A stretch of 64,000 nucleotides of DNA from the NCBI GenBank assembly GCA_963758635.1, contig CAVWWD010000004.1:64001-128000 (forward strand), given 5' to 3'. The stretch comes from an uncultured Candidatus Rokubacteria bacterium (GTDB taxonomy: Bacteria > Methylomirabilota > Methylomirabilia > Rokubacteriales > CSP1-6). The position numbers and the translations under genes are program-made. Under the pieces are notes generated by a model. It had not been told where the DNA came from. It worked only from the letters and a program-made list of their open reading frames with translations, and made no database searches. Below are positions 41,401 to 52,238 of this stretch, piece after piece (position 1 is the stretch's first letter; each line of letters opens with the position of its first letter).

Positions 41401-41856
41401 TCAGAACCCGAGGGGCCCGCGCGGCAGCGGCACCCGCAGGACGGTGTTGAAGAGGTAGAAGCTCCCGCCCGCGACGGCGACCACGAGGACGGCGGTCAGG
41501 GCCGGGTGCTTCCGCTCGAGGACGCCGAGGAGGAACGCGAGGGCCACGGCCATGGTGAGGCGATACCCCAGCCGCTCGAGCCCCCATGCCGCGAAGGCGC
41601 ACGTGGCGAAGATGGCGACGGCGTGACGCCACTCGCTCCACGCGACGCTGGCGAACCGGCCGCTGGCCCCGCCGAGCGCGGCGACGGCCACGCCGAAGGC
41701 GACCAGCAGCAGGGCGAGCACGGCCGGCATGTAGGCGGGCCCGGGGTTCTTGAGCGAGCCCAGCGGGAGGCGGAGGCTCTGCCAGAGGGCGATCAGCCCC
41801 ACGAGGACGAGCGCGCCGCCGGCGACGCGGTCGGTCGTGAGGGCCCGCACGGTCAC
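41401..41856 (-). CDS. tctB: Tripartite tricarboxylate transporter TctB
   Basis: PGPAYMP, about 4 TM segments, C-terminal VPLPRGP. Confidence 0.88.
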   Translation of the reverse strand: MTVRALTTDRVAGGALVLVGLIALWQSLRLPLGSLKNPGPAYMPAVLALLLVAFGVAVAALGGASGRFASVAWSEWRHAVAIFATCAFAAWGLERLGYRLTMAVALAFLLGVLERKHPALTAVLVVAVAGGSFYLFNTVLRVPLPRGPLGF

Positions 41857-42839
41857 TTGGCGCTCTCGACCTTCCCGATCGCGCGCACGACCTGCGCGAG
41901 CCGCTGCGCGTCCTTGTCCCAGTACGCGTTGAACTCGTCGGCGTCCATGTAGGAGATGGGCGTGTCGAGCTTGGCGCTGGCCGAGACGACCTCGGGCTCC
42001 TTCACGGCCTGGCGGACGGCGTCGCGCAGGATCTTGATCACGTGGGGCGGCGTGCCCTTCGGCGCCACCAGCCCCGCCCACGCCGCGTAGTCCACGTCGT
42101 AGCCGAGGGACTTGAGCGACGGCACCTCCGGGTACGCGGCGATGGGCGCGGCGCCGGTGTGGGCGAGGAGCCGCAGCGTGCCCGTCTTCATGTGCGGCGC
42201 CACGAGGGTGTTCGTCGACGCGGTCACCTGGGCGTGCCCGCCGAGCACCGCGTTCATCATGGGCCCGCCGCCCGTGGTGGGCAGGTGGCGCATCTTGAGG
42301 CCGCCCGCCGCGTGCAGGAACATCTCGAACGGCACGTGGGAGGCGCCGTAGAGGCCGGACGAGGTGAACGTGATCTCGCCGGGGCGGCGGCGCGCGTCCT
42401 CGACGAGGTCCTTCAGCGTCTTCCACGGCGAGCTCGCGAGCACGGTGATGATCGACGGCTCGGCGTTGATGCGGGCGATGCCGGTGAGCTGGTCCTTCGT
42501 GTAGGTCGGCGGCCGTCCGAACAGCTTGTCCACCTCGGGCAGGACCGACACGCTGACCAGGGCCATCAGGAGCGTGTAGCCGTCGGGCTTGCTCGTGGCC
42601 GTGAACTGGTTGCCGATGGCGCCGGCCGCGCCCGGCTTGTTGGCCACCACCACCGGCTGCTTGAGGAGGCGCTCGAGCGCGGCGGCGACCGGGCGGGCGG
42701 TGAGGTCGGCGAGCCCGCCGGGCGGGAACGCCACGACGATGGTGATGGGGCGGGTCGGAAACGGCTCCTGGGCCGTGGCCGCGGCGGTGGTCCCGAGGAT
42801 GATCAGCACGACAGCCGCCCAGAGCGCTCGTTGGGTCAT
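41853..42839 (-). CDS. tctC: Tripartite tricarboxylate transporter substrate-binding protein TctC/Bug
   Basis: FPTRPITIVVAFPPGG..D, NKPGAAG, KPDGYTL. Confidence 0.93.
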   Translation of the reverse strand: MTQRALWAAVVLIILGTTAAATAQEPFPTRPITIVVAFPPGGLADLTARPVAAALERLLKQPVVVANKPGAAGAIGNQFTATSKPDGYTLLMALVSVSVLPEVDKLFGRPPTYTKDQLTGIARINAEPSIITVLASSPWKTLKDLVEDARRRPGEITFTSSGLYGASHVPFEMFLHAAGGLKMRHLPTTGGGPMMNAVLGGHAQVTASTNTLVAPHMKTGTLRLLAHTGAAPIAAYPEVPSLKSLGYDVDYAAWAGLVAPKGTPPHVIKILRDAVRQAVKEPEVVSASAKLDTPISYMDADEFNAYWDKDAQRLAQVVRAIGKVESAK

Positions 42840-42895
42840 GCCGCCTCCCGTGCTCGGGTTCCGACGTGCCGAGATCGTGCTCGGCGTGGCGAGCC

Positions 42896-42977
42896 ATCCT
42901 GGCGTGGCGGCTCCGGCGTGTCAAGGCGCGGTCCGCCGCCGGCGCCCCTTGACAACCCCACGGGGCGCACCTAAGGT
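42896..42977. promoter_or_regulatory. Back-to-back sigma70 promoters
   Basis: Plus strand TTGACA(42949)-N17-TAAGGT; minus strand TTGACA(42924)-N17-CAGGAT. Confidence 0.6.
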
Positions 42978-43197
42978 CGCGGTACTCGGACGAGCAGGAC
43001 ACGCGCGCGCGACGACCGCACCCCCATCGCTCCGTTGGGGAGGTGTCGGATGTGACGACCGCTCCCGCCCGGCCCGCTCCTCTTCCCCGACGCACCCCTG
43101 CGCTCCCGCGCCGGCTCCTCGGCTCGCTCCACGCTCGCTCCTCGGCACGACCTGGGTCTGGACCGCGGAACCCCACTCACGGGAAAGGAGTCACCCC

Positions 43198-44802
43198 ATG
43201 GGCTCGAGATCCTTGCGGCTCGGGACGATAGCGGCGCTCGTCGCGGCCACCTGGCTCGCCGGCATCCCGCCGGCGGAGGCGCAGAAGCGGGGCGGCACGC
43301 TCCGCGTGGCCTACGGCAACGAGATCGCCGGCCTCGACTTCCACACCGTGCCCGGCTACGAGATGGTCTGGGTCGCCACCAACGTCGGGTGCGGGCTCAT
43401 CGGCATCACGCCGGACGGGAAGTTCCTCCCCGAGGCGGCCGAGTCGTGGCAGATCTCGCCCGACGGCCTCCTCTACACGTTCAAGCTCAGGAAGGACGTC
43501 CTGTTCCACGACGGCAGCCGCGTCGACGCGGCGGCGGTCAAGTTCACCTTCGAGCGGATCATGAATCCCGCCACGCGCTCCAGCATGCGCTCGTTCCTCG
43601 AGTCGGTGCACTCGGTGGAGGTCCTCGACCCCTTCACCGTGCAGGTCCGGCTCAAGCAGCCCTACGCGTTCATGCTGCACATGCTCGCCGCGTACCGCAT
43701 GGGCCTGGTCCTCGCCTCGCCGGCCAACACCCAGAAATACAGCCCGGAGGAGCGGCGGGCGGGGAAGCCGGAGGCGGTGGTCGGATGCGGGCCCTTCAAG
43801 CTCGTCGAGTGGGTGAAGGGCAGCCACCTCATCATGGATCGCTTCGACAAGTACTTCGAGCCGGGCCTGCCGTACCTGGACCGTGTGATGATCCGCACCA
43901 TCAAGGACCCGGTCACGCAGATGGCCGCCTTCAAGGCGGGCGAGATCGACTTCATCGCCGACTTCTCGGCCGACCACGTCGAGACCATGCGGGCCCAGAA
44001 CCCGCGCGCCCAGGTCATGACGGGCAAGGAAACGACCCCGATGGTGGCCATGATGAAGGTCACCGTGCCCGCGGACGGCAAGCCGATGTCGAAGGACCGC
44101 GGCCCGCACGCCATCTTCAACGACCTCCGCGTCCGCAAGGCCATCGGGTGCTTCGGGATCGACCGCAAGGAGATCGTCAAGATCGCCTACAAGGGGCAGG
44201 CCACCCCCTGGGTCGGGATCATCCCGCCGGGGACGCTGGACACCGTGGACGTCAATCACGTGTGCCCGTACGACCCCGCGCGGGCGAAGGCGCTCCTCGC
44301 CGAGGCCGGCTGGGGCCCGCAGAAGCCGTTGACCTTCGAGCTGATGACCAACACCGAGAAGTCCGTGTTCGGCGTCATCGCCACCGTGATCAAGGAGCAG
44401 GTGGCGCGGATCGGCGTCACCGCGAACATCAAGCTCGTCGACAAGGTGAGCTGGATGAACACCGCCACCCAGGACGGCCCCTTCGACATGTACGTGGAGG
44501 ACCTGGCCTCGCTCATGACGCTGGACCAGAACACCTATCTCTCGGCGAGCACGGCGGCGTGGAACAGCGTGCGCCACGTCGACCCCAAGGTCGACGACTA
44601 CTACGTGCGGTACGCGCGGGAGATGGACCCCGCGAAGCGGAAGGCGATCGCGCGGGAGTTCCAGGAGTTCAGCGTGGACAAGCTCTACTGGAACACGATC
44701 TCCGGCTCGCCCTTCCACCAGGTGGCCCAGCCCTGGATGAAGGACTACGTGTACCAGGGCGAGTTCAAGGTGCTCTACAAGAAGGTCTGGCTCGACAAGT
44801 AG
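43198..44802 (+). CDS. ABC substrate-binding protein (family 5)
   Basis: Signal peptide, KRGGTLRV, AESWQISPDG..YTFKLR, GCGPFK; RBS AAGGAG. Confidence 0.92.
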   Translation: MGSRSLRLGTIAALVAATWLAGIPPAEAQKRGGTLRVAYGNEIAGLDFHTVPGYEMVWVATNVGCGLIGITPDGKFLPEAAESWQISPDGLLYTFKLRKDVLFHDGSRVDAAAVKFTFERIMNPATRSSMRSFLESVHSVEVLDPFTVQVRLKQPYAFMLHMLAAYRMGLVLASPANTQKYSPEERRAGKPEAVVGCGPFKLVEWVKGSHLIMDRFDKYFEPGLPYLDRVMIRTIKDPVTQMAAFKAGEIDFIADFSADHVETMRAQNPRAQVMTGKETTPMVAMMKVTVPADGKPMSKDRGPHAIFNDLRVRKAIGCFGIDRKEIVKIAYKGQATPWVGIIPPGTLDTVDVNHVCPYDPARAKALLAEAGWGPQKPLTFELMTNTEKSVFGVIATVIKEQVARIGVTANIKLVDKVSWMNTATQDGPFDMYVEDLASLMTLDQNTYLSASTAAWNSVRHVDPKVDDYYVRYAREMDPAKRKAIAREFQEFSVDKLYWNTISGSPFHQVAQPWMKDYVYQGEFKVLYKKVWLDK

Positions 44803-44850
44803 CCGCGCAAGCGCCCCGGCCCGGCCCGGGGCGCCTGCTAGAATCCGCCG

Positions 44851-46026
44851 GTGCTCTCGGTGGTCGTGGTGGGCGGGGGGATCGGCGGGCTCTCGCTCGG
44901 GCGCGAGCTCGCGCGTCGGGGCTGCCCCGTCACCGTGCTCGAGCGCGCGCCGCGGCTCGAGGCGGCGGGCGCCGGCATCATCGTCAACCCGAACGCGATG
45001 GCGGTGCTGGAGGCCAGCGGCCTCGCCGCCGGCGTGCGCGCGGACGGGGCCCCGTACCTCGGGCGGGATACGCTCGATCACCGTGGCCGCTGGCTCGCCA
45101 CCCGCGACTACCGGCCGCTCTACGACGCGGGGCGCCTCGCCGCGGGCGCCCTCGTCCACCGGGCGCGCCTGCACGCGCGCCTCGCCGATGGGCTCCCCGC
45201 GGGCACGCTGCGCCTGGACGTGGGCGTGCGCGCGCTCCACGCGGACGCGGACGGCGTTCGCGTGGAGACGGAGCGCGGCGAGACGCTCGCCGCGGACGTG
45301 CTCGTCGGCGCCGACGGGCTCCACTCCACCGTGCGGCGGGGCTGCTTCGGCGCGGTCGAGCCGGTCTACCTGGGCTACCGATCCCATCGCTTCGTGGTGG
45401 ACAACCGCGACCGGCTCGTCCACTTCACGGAGTTCCTCGGCCGCGGCCAGCAGATCGGCCTGGTGCCGATCGGCGACGGGAAGCTCTACGTCTGGACGGT
45501 GTTCGCCTCGCCGCGCGACAGCCGCGCCTGGGCGCTCGAGGACGCCGGCGCGCTGCGCGCGCTCTTCGCGCAGTTCACCGATGCCCGCGTGCGGAACGCC
45601 TTCGCTCAGCTCGCCTCGACCGAGGGCGTCATCTGCACCGACCTCGAGGAGATGCACCAGTCTCCGTGGACCTCGGGCCGCGTCGCGCTGATCGGCGACG
45701 CCGCGCACACCATCTCGCCCGGCCTGGGGCAGGGCGCGGGCATGGCCATGGAGGACGCCGCGGTGCTGGCGGAGGAGCTGGCCGCCACGGACGGCGACGC
45801 GGGGCGCCTCGCGCCGGCGCTCGCCCGCTACGAGGCCCGCCGGCGCGACCGCGTCGAGACGATCCGCCGGCTGTCGCGCGCCGTGATCGAGCGCGGACAG
45901 CTCACGCACCCGGTGGCGTGCTGGCTGCGGAACCGGCGCATCACGCGCGAGGGGCGGGACGTGGCGCGCATGCAGGACGGGCTCGCCCGCCTGCTCTCCT
46001 GGCCCCGGCCGGACGGCGAGGCCTGA
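44851..46026 (+). CDS. FAD-dependent monooxygenase (salicylate hydroxylase-like)
   Basis: GGGIGG, GADGLHS, IGDAAH..SP..GQGA. Confidence 0.92.
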   Translation: MLSVVVVGGGIGGLSLGRELARRGCPVTVLERAPRLEAAGAGIIVNPNAMAVLEASGLAAGVRADGAPYLGRDTLDHRGRWLATRDYRPLYDAGRLAAGALVHRARLHARLADGLPAGTLRLDVGVRALHADADGVRVETERGETLAADVLVGADGLHSTVRRGCFGAVEPVYLGYRSHRFVVDNRDRLVHFTEFLGRGQQIGLVPIGDGKLYVWTVFASPRDSRAWALEDAGALRALFAQFTDARVRNAFAQLASTEGVICTDLEEMHQSPWTSGRVALIGDAAHTISPGLGQGAGMAMEDAAVLAEELAATDGDAGRLAPALARYEARRRDRVETIRRLSRAVIERGQLTHPVACWLRNRRITREGRDVARMQDGLARLLSWPRPDGEA

Positions 46027-46078
46027 CCGAACCCAGAAATCACGCTCGGTCGGCTGACGACCTCCCGGCGCCTCGCTG

Positions 46079-46224
46079 GGGGCGGCGGGGAGGGGCCAGG
46101 GGTCGAGGGCGCCCTTCCCCTCCATCGGGCAACGGACCCCGCGCGCCCGGATGGAGCCCAGTCCCAGCGGGGCAGCGGACGCGTGCGGCGTGGTCCCGCG
46201 ACCCCTGGCCCCTCCCCGTCGCCC
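46079..46224 (+). repeat. ~147-bp dispersed element, copy 2
   Basis: Homologous to 18131-18277; terminal inverted repeats show a compensatory change. Confidence 0.85.
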
Positions 46225-46286
46225 GCCCTCGCGCGCATGTCGGCGTGATGACGGGGGGCAGAGGCGGGCTGCTACACTCGGAGCCC

Positions 46287-48355
46287 GTGGGCCTTCGACT
46301 CGGCATCGACGTGGGCGGCACGTTCACGGACCTCGTGCTCTACGACGAGGCCACCGGCGCGCTCACCGTCGAGAAGGTGCCGTCGGTGCCCGCCGATCCG
46401 TCCGAGGGCATCGTGCACGGGATCGTGCGACTGCTCCGCGCCGCCGGCGTGCCCGCCGCGGCCGTCCAGTACGTGGCGCACGGGACCACCGTCGCCACCA
46501 ACGCGCTCCTCGAGCGCAAGGGCGCGCGCACCGCGCTCATCACCACCAAGGGCTTCCGCGACCTCCTCGAGATCGCCCGGCAGAAGCGTCCGTCGCTCTA
46601 CGACCTGCACGCGCGGAAGCCCGTGGCCCTCGTGCCCCGCCATCGCCGCCACGAGGTGGCCGAGCGGCTCATGGTGGACGGCACCGTGCGCACGCCGCTC
46701 GACCTGGGTGACCTGGACCGCGCGCTCGCCGCCATCGCCGCGGACGCCGACGGCGGGCCCGTCGAGGCCCTCGCCATCTGCTTCCTCTACTCCTTCGTCT
46801 CGCCGGACCACGAGCGGCAGGCGCTGGAGCGTGCGCGCGCGCGCTTTCCCGGGCTGGCCATCGTGGCCTCGCACGAGGTGCATCCGGAGTTCCGCGAGTA
46901 CGAGCGCCTGTCCACCACCGTGGCCAACGCCTACCTGGCGCCCCGGATGAGCGCCTACGTGCGCGCGTTCCGGGAGCGGGTGGCCGCGCTCGGCATTCCC
47001 GCCCGGCCGTACATCAACCAGTCCAACGGCGGCACCATGTCGGTGGACGAGGCGGCCCGCGTGCCCGTGCGCACCGCGCTGTCCGGCCCCAGCGCGGGCG
47101 TGGCCGGCGCGGCGTGGATCGCCGGCCGGGCCGGGTTCGACGCCATCGCCACCTTCGACATGGGCGGCACGAGCACCGACGTGGCCTTCGTGCGCGACGG
47201 GCGCCCCGCGCTCTCGTTCGAGCGCGAGATCGGCGGGGTGACGCTGCGCGTGCCCGCGCTCGACATCCACACCGTCGGGGCGGGCGGCGGGTCGATCGCG
47301 TGGCGGGACTCGGGCGGCGCGCTCAAGGTGGGGCCGCACAGCGCCGGCGCCGAGCCCGGCCCCGCGTGCTACGGGCGCGGCGGGGAGGAGCCCACGGTCA
47401 CCGACGCGAACCTGGTGCTCGGGCGCCTCGGCGTCTCCGGGCTCGCCGGCGGGAGCGTGCCGCTCGATCCGGCGCGCGCGGAGGCCGCGGTGTCGCGGCT
47501 CGCGCGCGAGCTGGGGCTGGGCCTGGTCGAGACGGCCCGCGGCATCGTGCGGGTGGTCAACGCCAACATGGCCAACGCGGTGCGCGTGGTCACGGTCCAG
47601 CGCGGCGTGGACCCGACGGGGCTCACGCTGGTTCCCTTCGGCGGCGCCGGGCCGCTGCACGCCGGCGAGATGGCGCTCGACCTGGGCATTCCGACCATCG
47701 CGGTGCCGCCGGGGCCGGGGCTCCTCTGCGCCCTCGGGCTCCTCGTCGAGGACCTGCGGACGGACGCCGTGCGCACGTACCTGGCGCCACTCGAGGCGGC
47801 GAGCCTCCCCGCGCTCGCCGCGCGCTTCGCGGACATGGAAGCGCGACGTGCTGGCGTGGCTCGACCGCGAGCGCGTGGCCCCGGACCGCCGGCGGATCGA
47901 GCGCTGGCTCGACCTCCGCTACGTGGGCCAGAACTTCGAGCTGCTCGTGCCGGTGCCCGAGGAGACGTGGGCCACCGGCGACTGCGCCGCGCTCTCACCG
48001 GCGGTTCCTCGAGGCCCACGAGCAGGTCTACGGCTTTGCCGCCGAGGACGAGCCGGTGCAGGTGGTGAACGCGCGGGTGGTCGCCCGCGGCCTCGTCGAC
48101 CCGCCCCGCCTGGCCGGGGTGCCGCGTGACGGCGCCGGCGCGAGCGCGGCCGAGATGGATCGCCGCCCCGTGTACGTGGACGAGGCGCGCGGCATCGTGA
48201 CGTGCCCGGTGTACGACCGCGCGCGCCTGCGCGCCGGGCAGCGCATCGACGGGCCGGCGGTGGTGGAGCAGTTCGACGCCACCACGCTGCTGCTCGCCGG
48301 CCAGGCCGCCCGCGTGGACGACCTGGGCTTCCTGGTCATCGAGGCCGCGCGATGA
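46287..48355 (+). CDS. Hydantoinase/oxoprolinase A subunit, frameshifts near 47845 and 47997
   Basis: [45 protein letters not shown]. Confidence 0.92.
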
Positions 48356-48416
48356 CCTCCGGCCGCGGCGGTCGCCTCTTCGCCACGCGCCGGCTCATCG
48401 CGCGCGAGCCTCGCCG

Positions 48417-49179
48417 ATGACGCTGGCGGAGGCGCTCGGCGTCGGCCGGGGCGACAGCGTGGCCCTGGTCGGAGGCGGCGGCAAGAGCACGGCCATGTTC
48501 CGCCTCGGCGCGCGAGGTGGTCGGCACAGGCGGCCATGCGATCACGACCACCACCACGAAGATCTTCGCGGGCCAGATCGCGCTCTCGCCCGCCCACGTT
48601 CCCGCGGCGAAGGCCACGCGCGCCGCCGTCATGGCCGCGCTCGACGCCCATGGCCAGGTGCTGGTGATCGGCGAGGCGGACCCGGCCTCGGGCAAGGCCG
48701 ACGGCATCCCGCTCGACCTCTTCGCGCGCCTGCGCGAGTGGTTCCCGGACGCGTGCATGCTGAACGAGGCCGACGGCTCGCGGATGCTCCCGTTCAAGGC
48801 GCCCGCCGAACACGAGCCGGTGATCCCGCCGGCCACCACGCTGGTCGTGCCCGTGGTGGGCGCGGACGTGATCGGGCAGCCGCTGGACGCCGAGCACGTG
48901 CACCGCCCGGAGCGGGTACGCGCGCTGAGCGGCGCCTGCGCGGGCGCGGTCGTCACGCCGGAGATCGTCGCGCGCGTGCTCGCCCACGCGGACGGGGGGT
49001 GCAAGGGCGTGCCCGCGGGCGCGCGCGTGGTCGCCATGATCAACAAGGTCGAGGCCCTTGTCGACCGCGGCCCCGCCCACGAGACGGCCCGCCGGCTCCT
49101 GCGCGAGCCGCGCATCGAGGCGGTGGTGCTCGCCGCGGTCCGCGCGCCGCAGGCGGTGCTCGAGGTCTGCCGCCGATGA
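48417..49179 (+). CDS. yqeC: Selenium-dependent hydroxylase accessory protein YqeC, frameshift near 48510
   Basis: [39 protein letters not shown]. Confidence 0.85.
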
Positions 49180-50345
49180 CGCTCGACGTGGCCGCGCTCC
49201 GCGCCGACACGCCCGGCGTGGGCCGGGTGCTCCACTTCAACAACGCGGGCTCAGCGCTGCCGGCGCGGCCGGTCCTGGAGGCGGTGACGGAGCACCTCCA
49301 GCGCGAGGCGGCGATCGGCGGCTACGAGGCGGCCGCGGAGGCGGCGAGCCGCGTGGCCGACGTGTACGACGCGGCGGCCGCGCTGATCGGCGCGCACCGG
49401 GACGAGATCGCGTTCGTCGAGAACGCCACGCGGGCCTGGGACATGGCGTTCTATTCGGTCCCGTTCCGGCCCGGCGACCGGATCGTGACGGCGCGGGCGG
49501 AGTACGCGTCGAACTACCTCGCGTTCCTCCAGATGAAGCGGCGCGCCGGCGTGGAGATCGACGTGGTGGACGACGACGCGTCGGGGCAGCTCGACGTGGC
49601 CGCGCTGGAGCGAACGATCCGCCCGCGCACCCGGCTCATCGCGATCACCCACGTGCCGACCCAGGGCGGCCTCGTGAACCCCGCCGCGGCGGTGGGCGAG
49701 GTCGCGGCGCGCCACGGCGTCCTGTACCTCCTGGATGCGTGCCAGTCCGTGGGGCAGCTCGCCGTCGACGTGGGACGGATCGGCTGCCACATGCTGTCCG
49801 CCACCGGACGGAAGTACCTCCGCGGGCCGCGCGGCACCGGCTTCCTCTACGTGCGCCGCGACACGATCGCCGCGCTCGAGCCGCCGTTCGTCGACCTCGA
49901 GGCGGCCGCGTGGATCGACGCCGACACGTACACGGTCCGCGAGGACGCGCGCCGCTTCGAGAACTGGGAGCGCTACGTGGCCGGGCAGATCGGGCTCGGC
50001 GTGGCCGTGCGCTACGCGCTGGCCCTGGGCATGGACGCGATCGAGGCGCGGGTGAAGGGGCTCGCCGCGACGCTGCGGGAAGGCCTCGCGCGCGTTCCCG
50101 GGGTGGGCGTGCACGACCTCGGCGTGGAGAAGTGCGGGATCGTCACGTTCCTGAAGTCGGGTGAGGAGCCGGCGGCGACCCGCGAGCGCCTGCGGGTGAT
50201 GGGCATCAACGTGACCCACACCCGGGCGAGCTCCTCCCGCCTGGACCTGCCCCGCCGGGGCTTCGAGTCGCTCGTGCGGGCGAGCGTGCACTACTACAAC
50301 GACGAGGCCGAGGTGGAGCGCTTCGTCCGCGCGGTGGCGGGGTAG
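49176..50345 (+). CDS. PLP-dependent class V aminotransferase (SufS/EgtE-like)
   Basis: [37 protein letters not shown] coupling to yqeC. Confidence 0.9.
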   Translation: MTLDVAALRADTPGVGRVLHFNNAGSALPARPVLEAVTEHLQREAAIGGYEAAAEAASRVADVYDAAAALIGAHRDEIAFVENATRAWDMAFYSVPFRPGDRIVTARAEYASNYLAFLQMKRRAGVEIDVVDDDASGQLDVAALERTIRPRTRLIAITHVPTQGGLVNPAAAVGEVAARHGVLYLLDACQSVGQLAVDVGRIGCHMLSATGRKYLRGPRGTGFLYVRRDTIAALEPPFVDLEAAAWIDADTYTVREDARRFENWERYVAGQIGLGVAVRYALALGMDAIEARVKGLAATLREGLARVPGVGVHDLGVEKCGIVTFLKSGEEPAATRERLRVMGINVTHTRASSSRLDLPRRGFESLVRASVHYYNDEAEVERFVRAVAG

Positions 50346-50349
50346 GGGG

Positions 50350-50727
50350 TCAATCCCGGTAGAGCGTCAGCCCGGGGATGTCCGAGAAGTCCTCCGGATT
50401 GAGCGTCCAGAGCGAGGCGCCGTGCACGAGCGCGCATGCGGCCACCGCGAGGTCGGTCGAGCGCGCCCGTGGGCGGCGCAAGCTTCGGTAGAGCTCGGCG
50501 GCCAGCGCCGCCTCGACGGAGCCGAACGCGACAGCGGCGGTATCCGGGAACAGCGCCTGCTGCGCGCTCGTCTCCTCGTCGGTCCGTGGACCGCGAAGCC
50601 ACTCGTAGAGGACGAGCGTCGAGATCTGTAGCCGCTCGCCTCTCTCCACGATGCGCCGGAGGGTGATGGCATGCCCCCGCAACCCGGCGAGCGACGCCAC
50701 GAGGGCGGACGTGTCGAGGTGGATCAC
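50350..50727 (-). CDS. vapC: VapC-family PIN toxin
   Basis: IHLDTS, YEW..G, DLAVAACAL, TLN..DF. Confidence 0.9.
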   Translation of the reverse strand: MIHLDTSALVASLAGLRGHAITLRRIVERGERLQISTLVLYEWLRGPRTDEETSAQQALFPDTAAVAFGSVEAALAAELYRSLRRPRARSTDLAVAACALVHGASLWTLNPEDFSDIPGLTLYRD

Positions 50728-51014
50728 TCTCCGGCCTTCTCGGCCCGCCTCTTGCCGCTCTCGCGACGAGCCCGACGGATCTCGTCGAGTTCGGCCTGCA
50801 CGTCGTTCGCCGGTCGGGCGCGCCCGGCCGGCGCAAGCCGATCGAGGATCTCCAGCATGCGCCGCCGCTCGTCCTCGTCGAGCTTCTGGCTCCGTGCTTC
50901 GTAGTCGCGGATGGCCTCGCGAACGACCTGGCTCTGCGGTCGGGCCAGCCGGGCCGCCGCTCGGCGGAGACGAGCGACCGTGTCCTCATCGAGCGTGAAG
51001 GTCACCTTGATCAT
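50724..51014 (-). CDS. Ribbon-helix-helix (CopG-like) antitoxin
   Basis: KVTFTLDEDT..L...SQVVREAI; GTGA overlap with vapC. Confidence 0.85.
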   Translation of the reverse strand: MIKVTFTLDEDTVARLRRAAARLARPQSQVVREAIRDYEARSQKLDEDERRRMLEILDRLAPAGRARPANDVQAELDEIRRARRESGKRRAEKAGE

Positions 51015-51022
51015 GGCAGACG

Positions 51023-51041
51023 CCAGCATACCATATGCTGG
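51023..51041. promoter_or_regulatory. Operator palindrome overlapping the TA promoter
   Basis: CCAGCATA-CCA-TATGCTGG overlapping a minus-strand extended -10 (TGgTATGCT). Confidence 0.65.
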
Positions 51042-51217
51042 TGTGCTGGTAGATGGTCAGACTGACCGTGGAAACCAGCGAGGTTCTCGTCTCGCGTCCC
51101 CGACCGTTGACTCGCCCCGGCTCGCGTGTCTACGCTCCGCTTCGATGCCACTCGACCGCTCGTCTCGGCCCGTCGTCAGCCACGGCGACGGTTCAGCGTT
51201 CCCACGCCGGCTCCGGG

Positions 51218-52225
51218 ATGACCGGCGTTCCGTTGATCGACCTCGGCTCGGCGCGGCCGGGCGGGCGCCGGGAGCGCGAGGCGGCGGCCGCGGCCATGGA
51301 CGCGGCGTGCCGCGAGATCGGCTTCTTCGCCATCACCGGGCACGGCGTGTCCGATCGCCTCGTCGACGATCTGCGGGGCGCCGCGCACGGGTTCTTCGCG
51401 CTGCCGCTGGCCGAGAAGCTCGCGGCGCGGCATCCGGTCGACGGCACCAACCGCGGGTACCATCCGGTGGGCGGCGAGACGCTCGCCCAGGCCAACGACG
51501 CGGCGGCGCTCCCGCTCCCGGACCTCAAGGAGTTCTTCCACGTCGGGCCCGTCGACGTGACCGACGACGCGTACTACACGAGCGCGGAGGGGCGACAGCA
51601 CTTCCTGCCCAACCTGTGGCCGGCGCGCCCGGCCGGGTTCGCCGCCGCGGCCACCGCCTACTACCGGCAGATGGATGCGCTCGTCGCGTTCCTGATGCGG
51701 CTGGCCGCCCTCGCGCTCGGGGTCGACGAGGGCTTCTTCGACGACAAGGTGAACCGGTCCATCGGCACCATGCGCCTGAACTACTACCCGGCGCAGCCGC
51801 GCGCGCCGGAGGCCGGCCAGCTCCGCGCCAGCGCGCACACCGACTACGGCGGGTTCACCATCCTGAGCGGCGAGGACGTGCCCGGCGGCCTCCAGGTGCG
51901 CACGCGCGACGGGCGCTGGGTGGACGTGGCGACCACGCCCACCTGCTTCGTGGTGAACATCGGCGACCTGCTCATGCGCTGGACGAACGACCGCTGGCTG
52001 TCGAACCTGCACCGCGTGGTCAACCCGCCGGCCGCGGATGGCCCGAGCGCGGCGCGGCTGTCCATCGCGTTCTTCAACCATCCGAACTACGACGCGCTCA
52101 TCGAGTGCCTGGCCCCGCCGGGCGAGGCGAAGCACCCTGCCGTGCGCTCCGGCGCGTATCGGGACCTCAAGTACGCCAGGATCGGGCTCGCCGGCGCGGG
52201 CGCTCCCGCGCCCGGCCGCCGCTGA
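51218..52225 (+). CDS. 2OG-Fe(II) oxygenase (isopenicillin N synthase family)
   Basis: GFF..TGHG, LNYYP, HTD, VNIGD, HRV, RLS. Confidence 0.92.
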   Translation: MTGVPLIDLGSARPGGRREREAAAAAMDAACREIGFFAITGHGVSDRLVDDLRGAAHGFFALPLAEKLAARHPVDGTNRGYHPVGGETLAQANDAAALPLPDLKEFFHVGPVDVTDDAYYTSAEGRQHFLPNLWPARPAGFAAAATAYYRQMDALVAFLMRLAALALGVDEGFFDDKVNRSIGTMRLNYYPAQPRAPEAGQLRASAHTDYGGFTILSGEDVPGGLQVRTRDGRWVDVATTPTCFVVNIGDLLMRWTNDRWLSNLHRVVNPPAADGPSAARLSIAFFNHPNYDALIECLAPPGEAKHPAVRSGAYRDLKYARIGLAGAGAPAPGRR

Positions 52226-52238
52226 GAGGAGACCGCCG

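Noticed and set aside
43389..48068. 1559-aa ORF and other long Arg/Ala/Pro-rich ORFs
   Set aside because: Shadow frames of real genes in high-GC DNA; the 1559-aa ORF merely runs into the hydantoinase frame.
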